IMG/VR virus record: IMGVR_UViG_3300045988_043817
Coordinates: 1-36,063 of that record
DNA: 36,063 nucleotides
Direction: 5' to 3' (one strand)
Origin: a virus
Numbering within the stretch: position 1 is the stretch's first letter; each line of letters starts with the position of its first letter. The notes beneath the pieces are model-generated. The model was not told the DNA's origin. It did not search any database and saw only the letters and a list, made by a program, of their open reading frames with translations. Both the position numbers and the translations under genes were made by a program. This document shows positions 15,078 through 25,279 of this stretch, piece after piece.

Positions 15078-17591
15078 TTACAGGCTAGCCGCTACCTGTA
15101 CGCTATTATACTGCTGTTGTCCGGCGTCTATGTCGGTTACAGCCACCTGTGGAGCGGGAACGCTAGCCACTGAATCGTACATGATCGCCGCCAGTTTTTG
15201 AAGGCTGTCATTCGACAGGCTGAATTTGCTTGGTAACGTCATAGTCGATCCGCTGCCTATGTCTATTTTTCCGCCGTTGGCGTATCGGTACACACCGGAC
15301 GACCCGAACGAACGCCCGCCGTACTCCATGTTTAGCGCGCTTAACGCGTTGATCGCGCCGGATGCTTTGCGGTTCAAAATGTACATGTTCTCCCCGCCCT
15401 CGGCTTCGAACTGCTGCCCGTTCGATCCGGTGAACGTCACGCCCCCGGCCGAATGGCTAGGGCCGTATATTTGTCCGCCCTTTGCGTATTTCTTCACGCT
15501 CGTGTTAATCTTGGTGTCCGGCTCTTTGGTTTTGTTAATGCTCATAACGTTCTTCATACCTGCCGCCACTACAATAGCCGCCTGCGCGATACCCCATATA
15601 CCGCCCTGCGCCAGTGCTTTAGACGCTCCTAAGTACGTATTGATAAGAGCCTGCGCCGTGGCAAATGCTTTGCCCGCCGCGCTTTCTTCCCCCAGTAAGC
15701 TAGCGAGCTGTCCGGCTGTGCCCGCCGCCATTTCCAATTGCGCGTTATAGTACTTCCGCTTAAGCTCGTCCTTCATGATCTCGAAACGTTCAGTTATCGC
15801 GGTTGTTTCTGCCCCGATGGCTTCCGCGTTAGCGATCTCCGCCGCTTTTTGCGCGTCCAGTCTTGCAAGCTGACTTTCCAGATCATTAGTCATTTTCATG
15901 TCAGCTAATGATCGCTCGTTCTCTAGGTTGAGGGCTTGGCGGTCTCGTTCTTGCTGGTCTTCCTCTTCCTTCCGGGCCTTGACCTCCGCGGCGTACTCTA
16001 GTTCCAATTGTCGAACGTTATTAATGTACTCCTGTTCCCCGATAAGCCCCTGCGCCCGTCTGTACGTCTCAATCTCTATTTTTTGATCGTTTACCGCTTG
16101 CAGTTCTTGCAATGATATTTTAGCGCCTTCCAGCTCCCGTTGTGCTATGTCAAGCTGCATACTTGTAACCGCTTCTGAATACTTCTTAAGCTGCGCGTCC
16201 TGCGCCGCCTTGATCGCGTCCTGCGCCTTCTTCGCGGCATCCGCCTCCCGTTTGGCTGCATCTTCCGCCGCCTTCGCTGACTTCGCTGCCGCTGCTTGTG
16301 CTGCTGCTGCCTGCTTGTCGCGTTCCTGTTTGATGAAGCCGGACACTTGACCCGCCATTTCCTTCTCCTGTGTGGCATATTGGGCGCGCGCTGCTTCCAG
16401 TGCTGCAAGGGCTTCTTGTTCTTTACGCAAATCTTCATCGCTTGAATAGCCTAGGGAGTTTTGCGCCTTGATCTGCTTGTATTTCGCGTCCAGCACGGAC
16501 AATTCCAAATCACGGATAGCATGCAGTTTGTCTGTAGCTTGTTCCAGTAACTTAGTACGTTCCGCCGCTGACTTGTTTTGATCCGCCGCCAGTGTCTTAA
16601 GCTCTTCCATCTCGCGCCGCATTTGCGCCATCGGCACAAGCGCCGCCGTTTCAGCTTGGTAAATCTTCTGCGTTTGGGCTGCTAGCTTCGCGCCCTCTGC
16701 TGCTGCCCTCTTCGTCTCCTCGCTGATAAGCCCTAACTTATCCAAAAGCCATGTAACGCCCTTAGCAAGGTTTTCAAGAAGGAAGGCTACGCCTTCAAAC
16801 AAACCGGTTACCCAGTCCAGCAAACGCCCGAAAATGACCTTAAACGGCGCGAACGCCGCATTTAAGCTGGTCGCTAACTCACTGTTACGTTTCATCAGCT
16901 TTTCGATGATACCGATAAGAGTTAAGACGAGCGACACGACGAATATAATAGGGTTCGCCTTTAACGCCGCATTGAACGCCTGCACCCCGGCAATACCGCT
17001 TTTCATTTGCCCCACCAGCGCTCCGGTGCCCCCGGTTAGCCCCTGTGTTTGAAGTATGCCGTCTTTAACGCTCTCGGCATAATTACCGACATTACGGCGG
17101 TTGTCGCCTACTGACTTCTCAAGCTCCTTGAGCTTGTCCGATAACGCTTTGGTCTGCTCGGTTAAGTCTTGCCCCTCCTTGCTGGTAGTCCGTTGCGCCT
17201 CGCTCATCTTGTTTAACTCGACGGTGTTTTGCGCCAGTTGGGCGCGTAGGGCGTTGACGCTCGTAGCCTCATTGTCTAATAGCGTTTTGGTACTCTTGAT
17301 CTCGGCGTTATTCTGTTTGTTCGCCTCGGTATTGTCTAGGATCGCTTTTTGCGTCTCAATCAGAGACTTATTCAGCTTTTTAACGGTTGCGTCGTACTTG
17401 TCTTGCTGTACAAGTCCGTCCGCGTAGTTTTGATTTAGCGTTTCTAGCTCCTTCTTTTCAGAGGCGTATGCCGCTTGCAAATCCTTTTTAGTCTTTGCAA
17501 GGGCTATACTCTTAGCTATTAACGCGTCTAGCCCCTTTTCGGCTTCTGACGTGCCGAAATTAAGGTCTAATAGTGTTACTTGATCCGCCAT
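15078..17591 (-). CDS. Tape measure protein (837 aa)
   Basis: Long coiled-coil regions, central hydrophobic segments (IIFVVSLVLTLIGII), a Gly-rich C-terminus and Ala/Lys/Glu-rich low complexity. Confidence 0.7.
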   Translation of the reverse strand: MADQVTLLDLNFGTSEAEKGLDALIAKSIALAKTKKDLQAAYASEKKELETLNQNYADGLVQQDKYDATVKKLNKSLIETQKAILDNTEANKQNNAEIKSTKTLLDNEATSVNALRAQLAQNTVELNKMSEAQRTTSKEGQDLTEQTKALSDKLKELEKSVGDNRRNVGNYAESVKDGILQTQGLTGGTGALVGQMKSGIAGVQAFNAALKANPIIFVVSLVLTLIGIIEKLMKRNSELATSLNAAFAPFKVIFGRLLDWVTGLFEGVAFLLENLAKGVTWLLDKLGLISEETKRAAAEGAKLAAQTQKIYQAETAALVPMAQMRREMEELKTLAADQNKSAAERTKLLEQATDKLHAIRDLELSVLDAKYKQIKAQNSLGYSSDEDLRKEQEALAALEAARAQYATQEKEMAGQVSGFIKQERDKQAAAAQAAAAKSAKAAEDAAKREADAAKKAQDAIKAAQDAQLKKYSEAVTSMQLDIAQRELEGAKISLQELQAVNDQKIEIETYRRAQGLIGEQEYINNVRQLELEYAAEVKARKEEEDQQERDRQALNLENERSLADMKMTNDLESQLARLDAQKAAEIANAEAIGAETTAITERFEIMKDELKRKYYNAQLEMAAGTAGQLASLLGEESAAGKAFATAQALINTYLGASKALAQGGIWGIAQAAIVVAAGMKNVMSINKTKEPDTKINTSVKKYAKGGQIYGPSHSAGGVTFTGSNGQQFEAEGGENMYILNRKASGAINALSALNMEYGGRSFGSSGVYRYANGGKIDIGSGSTMTLPSKFSLSNDSLQKLAAIMYDSVASVPAPQVAVTDIDAGQQQYNSVQVAASL

Positions 17592-17597
17592 ATTAAT

Positions 17598-19352
17598 TTA
17601 CTTTAAATCCATTTTGTACAAAGATAGCTTACAATTCCCGGTTGCTACGTCATATCCATCTAACGATTTAATGTAGAAACAGCTATTCAGCTGCGAAAAG
17701 TAGTACGCGTCCCCCAATCGTAGGTTTTCAACGTCCGCATATTCTAGTTGCGCTTTGATTTTCACCTGTATTCGCGATCTAAACATCTTGAAATGCCTGT
17801 TTATATACGGGTAATAAATATCGTTCACGTGGATATACTGTTGGTCGTATCCCGTCTTGCTGAAAGCTGCCGTAAGTCCTACTTTTGGAAACAAATAAGG
17901 GCTATACGGGAATTTAATCGCCGATTTGTACGCCTCCTTAACGGGCGTTACCATTCCCACACCGTTGCTGTAACTGAATTGCGTAGAATCAAGCGTGCAC
18001 ACGTATTGGTCTGCGAACTCGTCGGGAACATCTACGGTTTCAACGCTTAGTAGTTTGTCGCTCCAATCGTGTATATGTGCCCATGCCGTTGACGTACCGT
18101 CCCGGAGATCGGCGTCTACTATTGGCTCTACGCGTAACGTACCGTTGCGGTAAATCTTTCTCCAATGCCATGCTGTGCACATGTCGTCCACTATGTTTTT
18201 TACGTCCGTGTACGGGAATCCTATCGGTACGTCGTTAACGGTCTTGACCGTAGGGCTTAAAGCGCTTTCCGGCTTGGCTTCCCCCTTGAATCGTATGCAT
18301 TCGCCCGGTGAGTACCCGTTAGGTATTTTGAAAAAGTCCGTCCGTGTCACACCGTTTACTGTGGCAGATATTAATAAATGACTATCGGCTTTCGGGAATA
18401 AGTTCCCGCCCGCTGCTGAATCGAACTTCATAGAATAAACCCACACCCTTTCAGATATTTGTCCCTTGTAAACCCCTGCGAAAAAATTAAAGAGCTCCCC
18501 CGAAGAGTTACCCACTAAATTTATATCCGGTTTTGTTGCGGGGATGGTGTCCCCCGTGTATTCGATCAAGAATGTAGCGAACCTTTCCTCTAGTGAAGGT
18601 TTTACCTTAAGACCCGCCGGAAGCCCCCCAGACCGTGTGCCAAAATAAGAGGCATTCAAGTACATACTAGCATTGTCAAATACATATTGCGCCACGTCTG
18701 GATACAGGTATCCACCCCGTCCTTTAGCCGAGTTTCGGGGTATAAGGCTCGTAGAACCCGCCGCCACATCAGAATCCCATGATAAAGCACCCCGTGAACA
18801 AATCAGGTGCGCCTGTAACGAATCGTAATCTATAGGTCTAGTCCCATCAGCGTAATACGGTTGAATGTTGGGGAACGCAATTTGCGGGAAATCAAAACTT
18901 GTTCTCACGATTTGTGACAGATTCACCGCCGCCAAATACTGTGAGTTTGGAGTGTCCCGGACAATGGCGTGCACATAGGGCGAAGAAATTTGTTCGCTCA
19001 CGTCAGCCCACCTATCCGTACTCTCGATCAAGTTGACAGCGTACTCCGTAGAGGACGCTGATACCTTGGCGTAGAATTGTGTCGGCTCGTCAGACACATA
19101 AGCGTAATACTTGAACGGTATAGACGCTATCAGCACCTCGGCTACGTAATACTCACAGTTGAGTAAACCCTTGTTTAGCCCTATGAACGTCCGGTCATTG
19201 TTGGGCGTTCTCGGGACTTTGATCGTAGCGCTAAACGCTACACTGTCCCCGGTCATAGTAACCGGGGAAATGTTGTTTAATGTGATCTTGACCGTTGCGC
19301 TGTCTAAACCGTCTATATCGTAACCGTTAACTCTTAATGATACTATTTTCAT
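17598..19352 (-). CDS. Tail/baseplate protein (584 aa), possibly distal tail protein-like
   Basis: Large ORF adjacent to the tape measure gene. Assigned by context only. Confidence 0.4.
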   Translation of the reverse strand: MKIVSLRVNGYDIDGLDSATVKITLNNISPVTMTGDSVAFSATIKVPRTPNNDRTFIGLNKGLLNCEYYVAEVLIASIPFKYYAYVSDEPTQFYAKVSASSTEYAVNLIESTDRWADVSEQISSPYVHAIVRDTPNSQYLAAVNLSQIVRTSFDFPQIAFPNIQPYYADGTRPIDYDSLQAHLICSRGALSWDSDVAAGSTSLIPRNSAKGRGGYLYPDVAQYVFDNASMYLNASYFGTRSGGLPAGLKVKPSLEERFATFLIEYTGDTIPATKPDINLVGNSSGELFNFFAGVYKGQISERVWVYSMKFDSAAGGNLFPKADSHLLISATVNGVTRTDFFKIPNGYSPGECIRFKGEAKPESALSPTVKTVNDVPIGFPYTDVKNIVDDMCTAWHWRKIYRNGTLRVEPIVDADLRDGTSTAWAHIHDWSDKLLSVETVDVPDEFADQYVCTLDSTQFSYSNGVGMVTPVKEAYKSAIKFPYSPYLFPKVGLTAAFSKTGYDQQYIHVNDIYYPYINRHFKMFRSRIQVKIKAQLEYADVENLRLGDAYYFSQLNSCFYIKSLDGYDVATGNCKLSLYKMDLK

Positions 19353-19353
19353 T

Positions 19354-21216
19354 TTATCCCTCCTGTGTAATTAAACAAATTGCGATCTCGTGCGTAGTCA
19401 TATTCTCAATTCGAAGTTGACCTGTCCGCGCTGCTCCGGGGTTCGCCGTATCATATTTAATCGCTATGGCAGTTTGTTTGGCCCTTCCTGATGTAGGTGT
19501 AACGGATACCCAGCTAGGCGCGCTACCCATAATCCAGTTATTTTCAGACGTCGCTACCACGAAAACAATTCGGTCCCCCCCGGCTTTAGGTCCTGTCACC
19601 CCTATTGGCAATATTTTTATCGAAGTTGGCGCGCCCGTTTGGTTAACCGTAACTACCGTTATTTCCTCGGTTTGGCCATTATAAAACGTTATCGTCCCAG
19701 TTCTAGCGGTGTTACCCATGTTATTCGCGATCGTTAACGTTACAGCGGTTATTCCACCAACCCCTGTTGTAACGCTCGGAGTGATCCACGAATCCTTTTG
19801 AGAAACAGACCATGCGCCAACCGATGTAACGTCTACGGTTACCGGGTGTGTTAGATAGTCTACATCAAACATTGAGGTGTCTACCGATATATTGCCCGAA
19901 ATCCCGGCCTGCATAACGACTATACTGTACGTAGTAGAGCCCACCTTGCTTTTCAACACAATGTTACCCGTTCTAGCCTCGCCATCGTTGGCGGTTACCG
20001 TGATAACCAAGGGTGTAGTTCCCTTGTTCCCCGTGGGACTATCCGCTGACACCCATGTCGGCGTGCTCTGCACCTCCCATGCCGCGTTGCTGTATATGCT
20101 GTTAGTAATTCCTTCCGCATACGCCGCGCCGATCGTCCACGGGTTTTTCTGCGCGCTAAATGCGATCGACGGTGTGGGCGGTTGATCCGGTGCTAGCGGG
20201 AAGATGTAATTATCTTGTAGCTCGGTGGTCTTGAATCTTACTCGCTGTCTGTACGTCTTGGTACTGTTAGACCACCGCGCCCCCGTGTCGCCTACGACCT
20301 CGGCTCTAAAATGTTTCGATTGGTATTGATTTATACCCGGTATGTTCAAGTCAAACACTACGTTTGAAGAAACTAACAGCTCTTGGTAGACGTTATACCA
20401 TTCTTCACCGTACTCTAGATTTATAGTTAGCTCCGCTTGTTCTGTTACGCCTCCGCGGCCTCGGATAGGGGTGAACTTGTTAGACCAAAAATAGTCCTTG
20501 AACGCGTCCCAAAACCACTGCCCATTGCGCATGTTCCATCTAGCCCTTAGAGCGCATTGCAGGCCCTCATCGTAAACAGCTTCGGACATTAACCGATCTT
20601 CATAGTTAATTACTTGATCCAGCCCGTTACCCCAAACGTTCTTAATAGTCAACTTCTTAATATACGTTATGTCGATAGTGTCCCCCAGTACGTAGGTAGC
20701 GGGAAACATAACATTACTAGGCGCGCCCGTCACAGGTTCAATCTGAACGGATAACGCGTCAGACGGGTGTATAACGTATGGGAAGAATATGTCTAGCGTT
20801 TGTCCCGGTATGCGCGGTTTGATCGGTTGGGGAAGCGCGCTATCAACGCCTAAAGTATCCCAGTATGTAAGATCACAGTGGAATACGGGAATAGTTATAT
20901 AGTCCGTCGGGTCTGAAACCCAAAACAATAGCTCTTGCTGCATAAACCACGGTGTACCCTGCGACTTGTTACGATCCGCGCGCTTAAGCAAAGGGGCGGC
21001 AAAAGATAGGTCTATGTCCGTCCCGTACTGCTGATAAGGCAAAGTTACCGTTTTAACCGGCGATCCGCTGTTCCTCACAGTAATATTCACGGGCTCGTTT
21101 GGGCCCGTTGTCACCTTCACCATTAGCGGGCGTGTAGCCCACACGGGTAACTGCCTGTCATAGGTTTGGCCGTCGGTTAGTGTTACATCTGCTATCGGTA
21201 TATATATGTTCATCAT
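19354..21216 (-). CDS. Tail protein with three C-terminal BACON-like Ig domains (620 aa)
   Basis: Three repeats of about 60 aa with the pattern W-x-(V/I)-x4-10-W(V/I)(S/T)...ARTG(N/T/Q)(I/L)...Q(A/T/E)G, at residues about 378-620. Confidence 0.7.
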   Translation of the reverse strand: MMNIYIPIADVTLTDGQTYDRQLPVWATRPLMVKVTTGPNEPVNITVRNSGSPVKTVTLPYQQYGTDIDLSFAAPLLKRADRNKSQGTPWFMQQELLFWVSDPTDYITIPVFHCDLTYWDTLGVDSALPQPIKPRIPGQTLDIFFPYVIHPSDALSVQIEPVTGAPSNVMFPATYVLGDTIDITYIKKLTIKNVWGNGLDQVINYEDRLMSEAVYDEGLQCALRARWNMRNGQWFWDAFKDYFWSNKFTPIRGRGGVTEQAELTINLEYGEEWYNVYQELLVSSNVVFDLNIPGINQYQSKHFRAEVVGDTGARWSNSTKTYRQRVRFKTTELQDNYIFPLAPDQPPTPSIAFSAQKNPWTIGAAYAEGITNSIYSNAAWEVQSTPTWVSADSPTGNKGTTPLVITVTANDGEARTGNIVLKSKVGSTTYSIVVMQAGISGNISVDTSMFDVDYLTHPVTVDVTSVGAWSVSQKDSWITPSVTTGVGGITAVTLTIANNMGNTARTGTITFYNGQTEEITVVTVNQTGAPTSIKILPIGVTGPKAGGDRIVFVVATSENNWIMGSAPSWVSVTPTSGRAKQTAIAIKYDTANPGAARTGQLRIENMTTHEIAICLITQEG

Positions 21217-21659
21217 TTAATATTTAAAGTGTCAATAATAGCGTATCTAATTATAGTTACTATCTCGTTTTGCAACTTTAGCACCCTCGCAGGGTTGAGT
21301 ACATCCGACACCACGCCTCCCGGGTTGTACTTGTTCGGTACCTTGATACCCATTTCTCCAATAGCTTTAGCGATCGGGTACGCGGCGGTTAGCGGTATGT
21401 TCGCGCCTTGCTTGTTCTTGTCCTCGATCCATTTACGGATGATCCACAATGGCGGGCGTTTACCTGCGATCCTTCCGCCTTCCATCGCACCCACATAACG
21501 CGGTGCAGTGATCCGGGCGTTATTGCCGCCTACGACTAACTTTAGTTCCTTGGCGAAGTTGCCTGACGCCATAAGCCCTTTGGCTTTGTAAGACGCTTCT
21601 ATGTCGTCCCGTAGCTTGGTTAGCAGCACCTCTATTTCCAACATTGCGTTACGTGCCAT
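21213..21659 (-). CDS. Hypothetical neck/tail completion protein (148 aa)
   Basis: ATGA and TAATG coupled junctions within the tail module. Function assigned by context only. Confidence 0.45.
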   Translation of the reverse strand: MARNAMLEIEVLLTKLRDDIEASYKAKGLMASGNFAKELKLVVGGNNARITAPRYVGAMEGGRIAGKRPPLWIIRKWIEDKNKQGANIPLTAAYPIAKAIGEMGIKVPNKYNPGGVVSDVLNPARVLKLQNEIVTIIRYAIIDTLNIK

Positions 21660-22057
21660 TATTCAGATAGATTAAGAGTTATCTCCCAACCTGATTTGGG
21701 ACTGTCGTATATGTTTTGGCGCTTGGTTACCGCTGCGCCCTCGGACACATAAAGGCAAACCGCCTTCTTCGCTATGTCGGTTATGACTGTAAACGTCCGA
21801 TCCAGTACGTCGATCTCGGACGAGCTATCAGTTTCGTAGAACGACGTGCCCAACACCTGTATAAGCACGGAGATCGCGAACGTTTCGGCGGCGTAGTCGT
21901 TATAGTCCTGCCTTCCTCCGGGCACGTCCACAAAGATAAAATCACCCGTTATATCGTTTGCCAGCCGATTACGTGTGGATTCGTCTCCGAAGAATACGGG
22001 AAGCGCGTGTTGCGCCCCCCATGTTCCAATCTGATCTAATATCCCTTTAAAAGTCAT
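21659..22057 (-). CDS. Hypothetical virion protein (132 aa)
   Basis: ATG ORF coupled to its neighbours in the tail module. Confidence 0.5.
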   Translation of the reverse strand: MTFKGILDQIGTWGAQHALPVFFGDESTRNRLANDITGDFIFVDVPGGRQDYNDYAAETFAISVLIQVLGTSFYETDSSSEIDVLDRTFTVITDIAKKAVCLYVSEGAAVTKRQNIYDSPKSGWEITLNLSE

Positions 22058-24434
22058 ATTGCGTTTTTACGTTATTGTCGTATTCGGGCGCGTTTACGTC
22101 TGTAATAGTCCGTTTTCCCGTCCACGTTTTTACTACGTTACCCTTGTAATTACCGGATAATGCAATAGCCCCGATAACGGTTGTGTTCGCCTCAATGCTA
22201 GCGTTTTCCTCCATAACCAGCACCCCGCGGCTAGCTGCCATTATCTGCCCGGTTGCCGTAACTTTGGAGTTGCCCGACATAACCACACCCGACCGTGTGT
22301 TAACTTTTCCCTCTATAACGGCATTGTCCCTCATTATGAACGAAAGGTTCGTGCTAGCTACGTCCACCGATCCGGTAAACTTCGCGTTTCCCTCCATACG
22401 TACAAGGGCGCTCGCACCTGTCAACGCCGAAGGCGCAAATACCGTATTGTCCTTCATGTACACCGTACCGTTGAAGTCCAGCGACGCCCCAACAGTGGGA
22501 TTATAGTGCACAACGGAGTTACCGCCGAAGTAGCCCGAACCTGTGACGCTAGCATTTACAAGTGTAGCATTATCCTTTACCCGTATATTGCCCTTCATGT
22601 TCACGGAGGTTTCTCCTGTGTTTATGATCTTACAACCGTTGTACACCGTTACGGTTACGCCTGCAAGGTCTGCGGGTGTGATCACTGTGCCGTCTATCTT
22701 CTGCATGGCTATGTACACTTTGGCGTACGTAGCGAATGCGGCGAATGTGCGATCACCGCGTATCTTAGTAGACACGGCTACAATCTTATTGTTTGCGTCT
22801 ACAGCGTACGCTATCGAGTCGAAAAGCACTGCCCCTGAATTGGTTATCTTAATGCCGTCCGGAGAGTTTAACCGGAACGGGGCTGCGATTGCCACCCAGT
22901 TATTCGCTGCCACGATACCGGATATCACACCGCCTACGGTGGTATTGTTGAACTTACCTTGTACCGCTCTAGGTGCAACATTTAGAACCTGTGCCAGTGG
23001 ATGGCTACGTACTTTGTTACCGAATACGTTCGTACCTGCGATGTCAAACAGACCGTTTAAATACGCGTCCTTGTAAATGGTTGTGCCATAAGATTTTGCC
23101 AGGTCCGCCATGTTCAGGGACTTGACGCTAGCGTATGATTCTACCAACGCGCCAAAAACTGCAAAATAAATACGATACATGCCCTCAACTTCTGAACTTG
23201 CAAGTATTCCATCGGATGCGATAGATTTACCCAAATCAGCTTGAGCCTTCGCGAAATCAATGTTCTTGTACGTGTTGGCTATTTGCGCATGATGGTAGAA
23301 CCTGCCGCCCGGAACGTTACAACCTTGAAAGATGAAAGGCATGTTAACCGGTCGGGCCGATATTAGTCCTGGGAAGACCGTAGGCGATACAGCGAAGTTG
23401 TCACAGTCGGTAGCCTGAATGCCGCGAGGCACGTTTACATTTAGGCTGTTGGCCGAGACTGCCCCTGTAAACGTCAAGTTATTAACATTGCTATAAATCC
23501 CTACACTCTGCGCATTGTTCTGTGTTGCGTCAATGGCTACATTACACCCGATAAACTCGGACATAAGACGGACCACTCGGTTAGCTGTTGCGTGGCCGTT
23601 TATAACTACTTTGGAGTTTCTAATCACGCTATCCGGGTACTTTACGCCCGATGCGATAGTATGAATGCCGCCCGGTCTGATTGTTGTCGTGCCTGTAGCG
23701 TTTGCCGGGTTTACCTCAAGCCGCGAATCAATGACGGAAAGTTTAGTTTCATAAGTACCTGTAAAGGTAATAGCCGCGTCTGCCGCGTCTGCCGGAATAG
23801 TCGGACTCGCCGGATTTTTAGTTACCTGGATGTATGCATATTGCCCCGCCTCTACTGGGATTGCTTGGTACTCATTGGTTATAACGGTTTTGTAGGGTTT
23901 GATAATATACCCGTCTGCATCCGTTACCAATACCGTGACTATATAGCCCGGGACTGGCGCTTTTATAACGGTAGATTTACCCCCTAGGAAAATAGGGTTC
24001 TTGGTTCTAATAAAGTTTACTGAACCGTCATCCTTTCCGGGTTTTTGCCCAACTGTAAGACTAGCGTACCCGCCTTGTTCGAAGTCATCCGCGGTTAGCA
24101 CCACCGCGTCCGCCTTCGTTTGTTCCGACTCGAATAACAGATTAGCCCCAACTACGACACTATACCCTAGAATGTCTACGTTAGGTGCACCCGCGGCGCT
24201 TAACGCCGCTTCACCTACGTCTACGATCGAATCCCCACCGATCCGTGCACCGGGAAAACCGAAGTTGCCCCTAAACAGCCAGCAAGCGCCATCCTGTGAT
24301 AATGTTTTCTCGTCGTACACAATGCCGCCCACGTCGCCAATATTGACGTAACGGTCTCCCACCTGCCACGAACGAAGGGCGCGTACCCGTTTGTCGCTCC
24401 CTACTGTAATAATCTCATACTTTTTTAAACCCAT
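22047..24434 (-). CDS. Tail fibre / tailspike-like beta-helix protein (795 aa)
   Basis: Gly/Asn/Val/Thr-rich periodic sequence. The C-terminal third has bactofilin-like repeats (GN..V...A.V.G). Confidence 0.45.
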   Translation of the reverse strand: MGLKKYEIITVGSDKRVRALRSWQVGDRYVNIGDVGGIVYDEKTLSQDGACWLFRGNFGFPGARIGGDSIVDVGEAALSAAGAPNVDILGYSVVVGANLLFESEQTKADAVVLTADDFEQGGYASLTVGQKPGKDDGSVNFIRTKNPIFLGGKSTVIKAPVPGYIVTVLVTDADGYIIKPYKTVITNEYQAIPVEAGQYAYIQVTKNPASPTIPADAADAAITFTGTYETKLSVIDSRLEVNPANATGTTTIRPGGIHTIASGVKYPDSVIRNSKVVINGHATANRVVRLMSEFIGCNVAIDATQNNAQSVGIYSNVNNLTFTGAVSANSLNVNVPRGIQATDCDNFAVSPTVFPGLISARPVNMPFIFQGCNVPGGRFYHHAQIANTYKNIDFAKAQADLGKSIASDGILASSEVEGMYRIYFAVFGALVESYASVKSLNMADLAKSYGTTIYKDAYLNGLFDIAGTNVFGNKVRSHPLAQVLNVAPRAVQGKFNNTTVGGVISGIVAANNWVAIAAPFRLNSPDGIKITNSGAVLFDSIAYAVDANNKIVAVSTKIRGDRTFAAFATYAKVYIAMQKIDGTVITPADLAGVTVTVYNGCKIINTGETSVNMKGNIRVKDNATLVNASVTGSGYFGGNSVVHYNPTVGASLDFNGTVYMKDNTVFAPSALTGASALVRMEGNAKFTGSVDVASTNLSFIMRDNAVIEGKVNTRSGVVMSGNSKVTATGQIMAASRGVLVMEENASIEANTTVIGAIALSGNYKGNVVKTWTGKRTITDVNAPEYDNNVKTQYDF

Positions 24435-24438
24435 AACG

Positions 24439-25119
24439 TTATGATTTATAATGTTTTTTCATCTCTGCCTTCTGTTTCTCGTTCTCTTCGTGGCGCTTGG
24501 ATAGCGCTAGCATGGCGTCTAGGTAGTTTATCCGCTTCGCCTCCTCGAACGTGCACTTGAACAACTCCGCCGTAGCCTGTACGAGCGTCAGGACGTTCTT
24601 TGCCTCCTTGATCGGATCATCTTCCGGCGCGCCCCCTGCATCGAAAGGAAAGAGGCGTTTTTCCAGCCCGTCCGCGATCTCTATCTGCTCCTTAATGTAC
24701 TTCGTAGCGCACAACAGATGATAGACGTTATCCGGCGCGTACTCGGCCGGCTCATGCTCTTTGGGCGTGCACCACTTCGTAACCTTCTCCGTTGCCGTCT
24801 CGCTCCTTCTCGCCTCGATAACCTGCCACAGTGTTACGTCCTCGATACGGGGTATACGGTACACGAGCTTGCCATTTTTTACAATAAAAGGGTCGGCCTT
24901 AGCGTACTCTGCCACCGCGTTTAATGTCGCTGCTTGGTCAGAAGTTAGGCCGCCCTTGTAATTCGGATGCAAGTTACAAATATATTCTAATTGTTTGCGG
25001 TTGTAATACCCACAAATCTTCCACCACAAGCGGCGAAAGACGTTTTTAATCTTTCCCCGCCAGTTGGTTTGCTCATTCAGTATCAGCCACTCCACGCCAT
25101 AAAACGCTATTTTACTCAT
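24439..25119 (-). CDS. Hypothetical protein (226 aa)
   Basis: ATG at 25119; the track start at 25125 is TTG. It overlaps the upstream micro-ORF stop as ATGAGTAA. Confidence 0.6.
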   Translation of the reverse strand: MSKIAFYGVEWLILNEQTNWRGKIKNVFRRLWWKICGYYNRKQLEYICNLHPNYKGGLTSDQAATLNAVAEYAKADPFIVKNGKLVYRIPRIEDVTLWQVIEARRSETATEKVTKWCTPKEHEPAEYAPDNVYHLLCATKYIKEQIEIADGLEKRLFPFDAGGAPEDDPIKEAKNVLTLVQATAELFKCTFEEAKRINYLDAMLALSKRHEENEKQKAEMKKHYKS

Positions 25120-25270
25120 ATTCAATCAGTTCTAGTTCCTCGTAATAATACCACTCTTCAACGTCCGATCCGTCCCACTGTACAACCACGCCCAACACCC
25201 CAACGTCTGTGACCGTCCCGGTGTTCCCGGCGTAATCGTATTTAATGCGCACTCGATCGTCCTCTCTCAT
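25112..25270 (-). CDS. Small hypothetical protein (52 aa; not in the track)
   Basis: Hand-translated as MREDDRVRIKYDYAGNTGTVTDVGVLGVVVQWDGSDVEEWYYYEELELIEYE. It fills the terL-downstream gap and has an ATGAGTAA junction. Confidence 0.55.
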   Translation of the reverse strand: MREDDRVRIKYDYAGNTGTVTDVGVLGVVVQWDGSDVEEWYYYEELELIEYE

Positions 25271-25279
25271 GCTGCAAAT

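Noticed and set aside
16145-16639. Minus-strand ORFs 16145-16438 and 16451-16639 inside the tape measure gene
   Set aside because: They are alternative frames of an Ala/Lys/Glu-rich coiled-coil region and give Arg-rich nonsense products. They are fully contained in the 837-aa ORF.
22543-23076. Long plus-strand ORFs (for example 22543-23076, 15226-15750, 6124-6597, 10770-11084, 12199-12597)
   Set aside because: All lie antisense to long, motif-bearing minus-strand genes. They have low-complexity Ser/Ala/Cys-rich products and no promoter context, so they are shadow ORFs.
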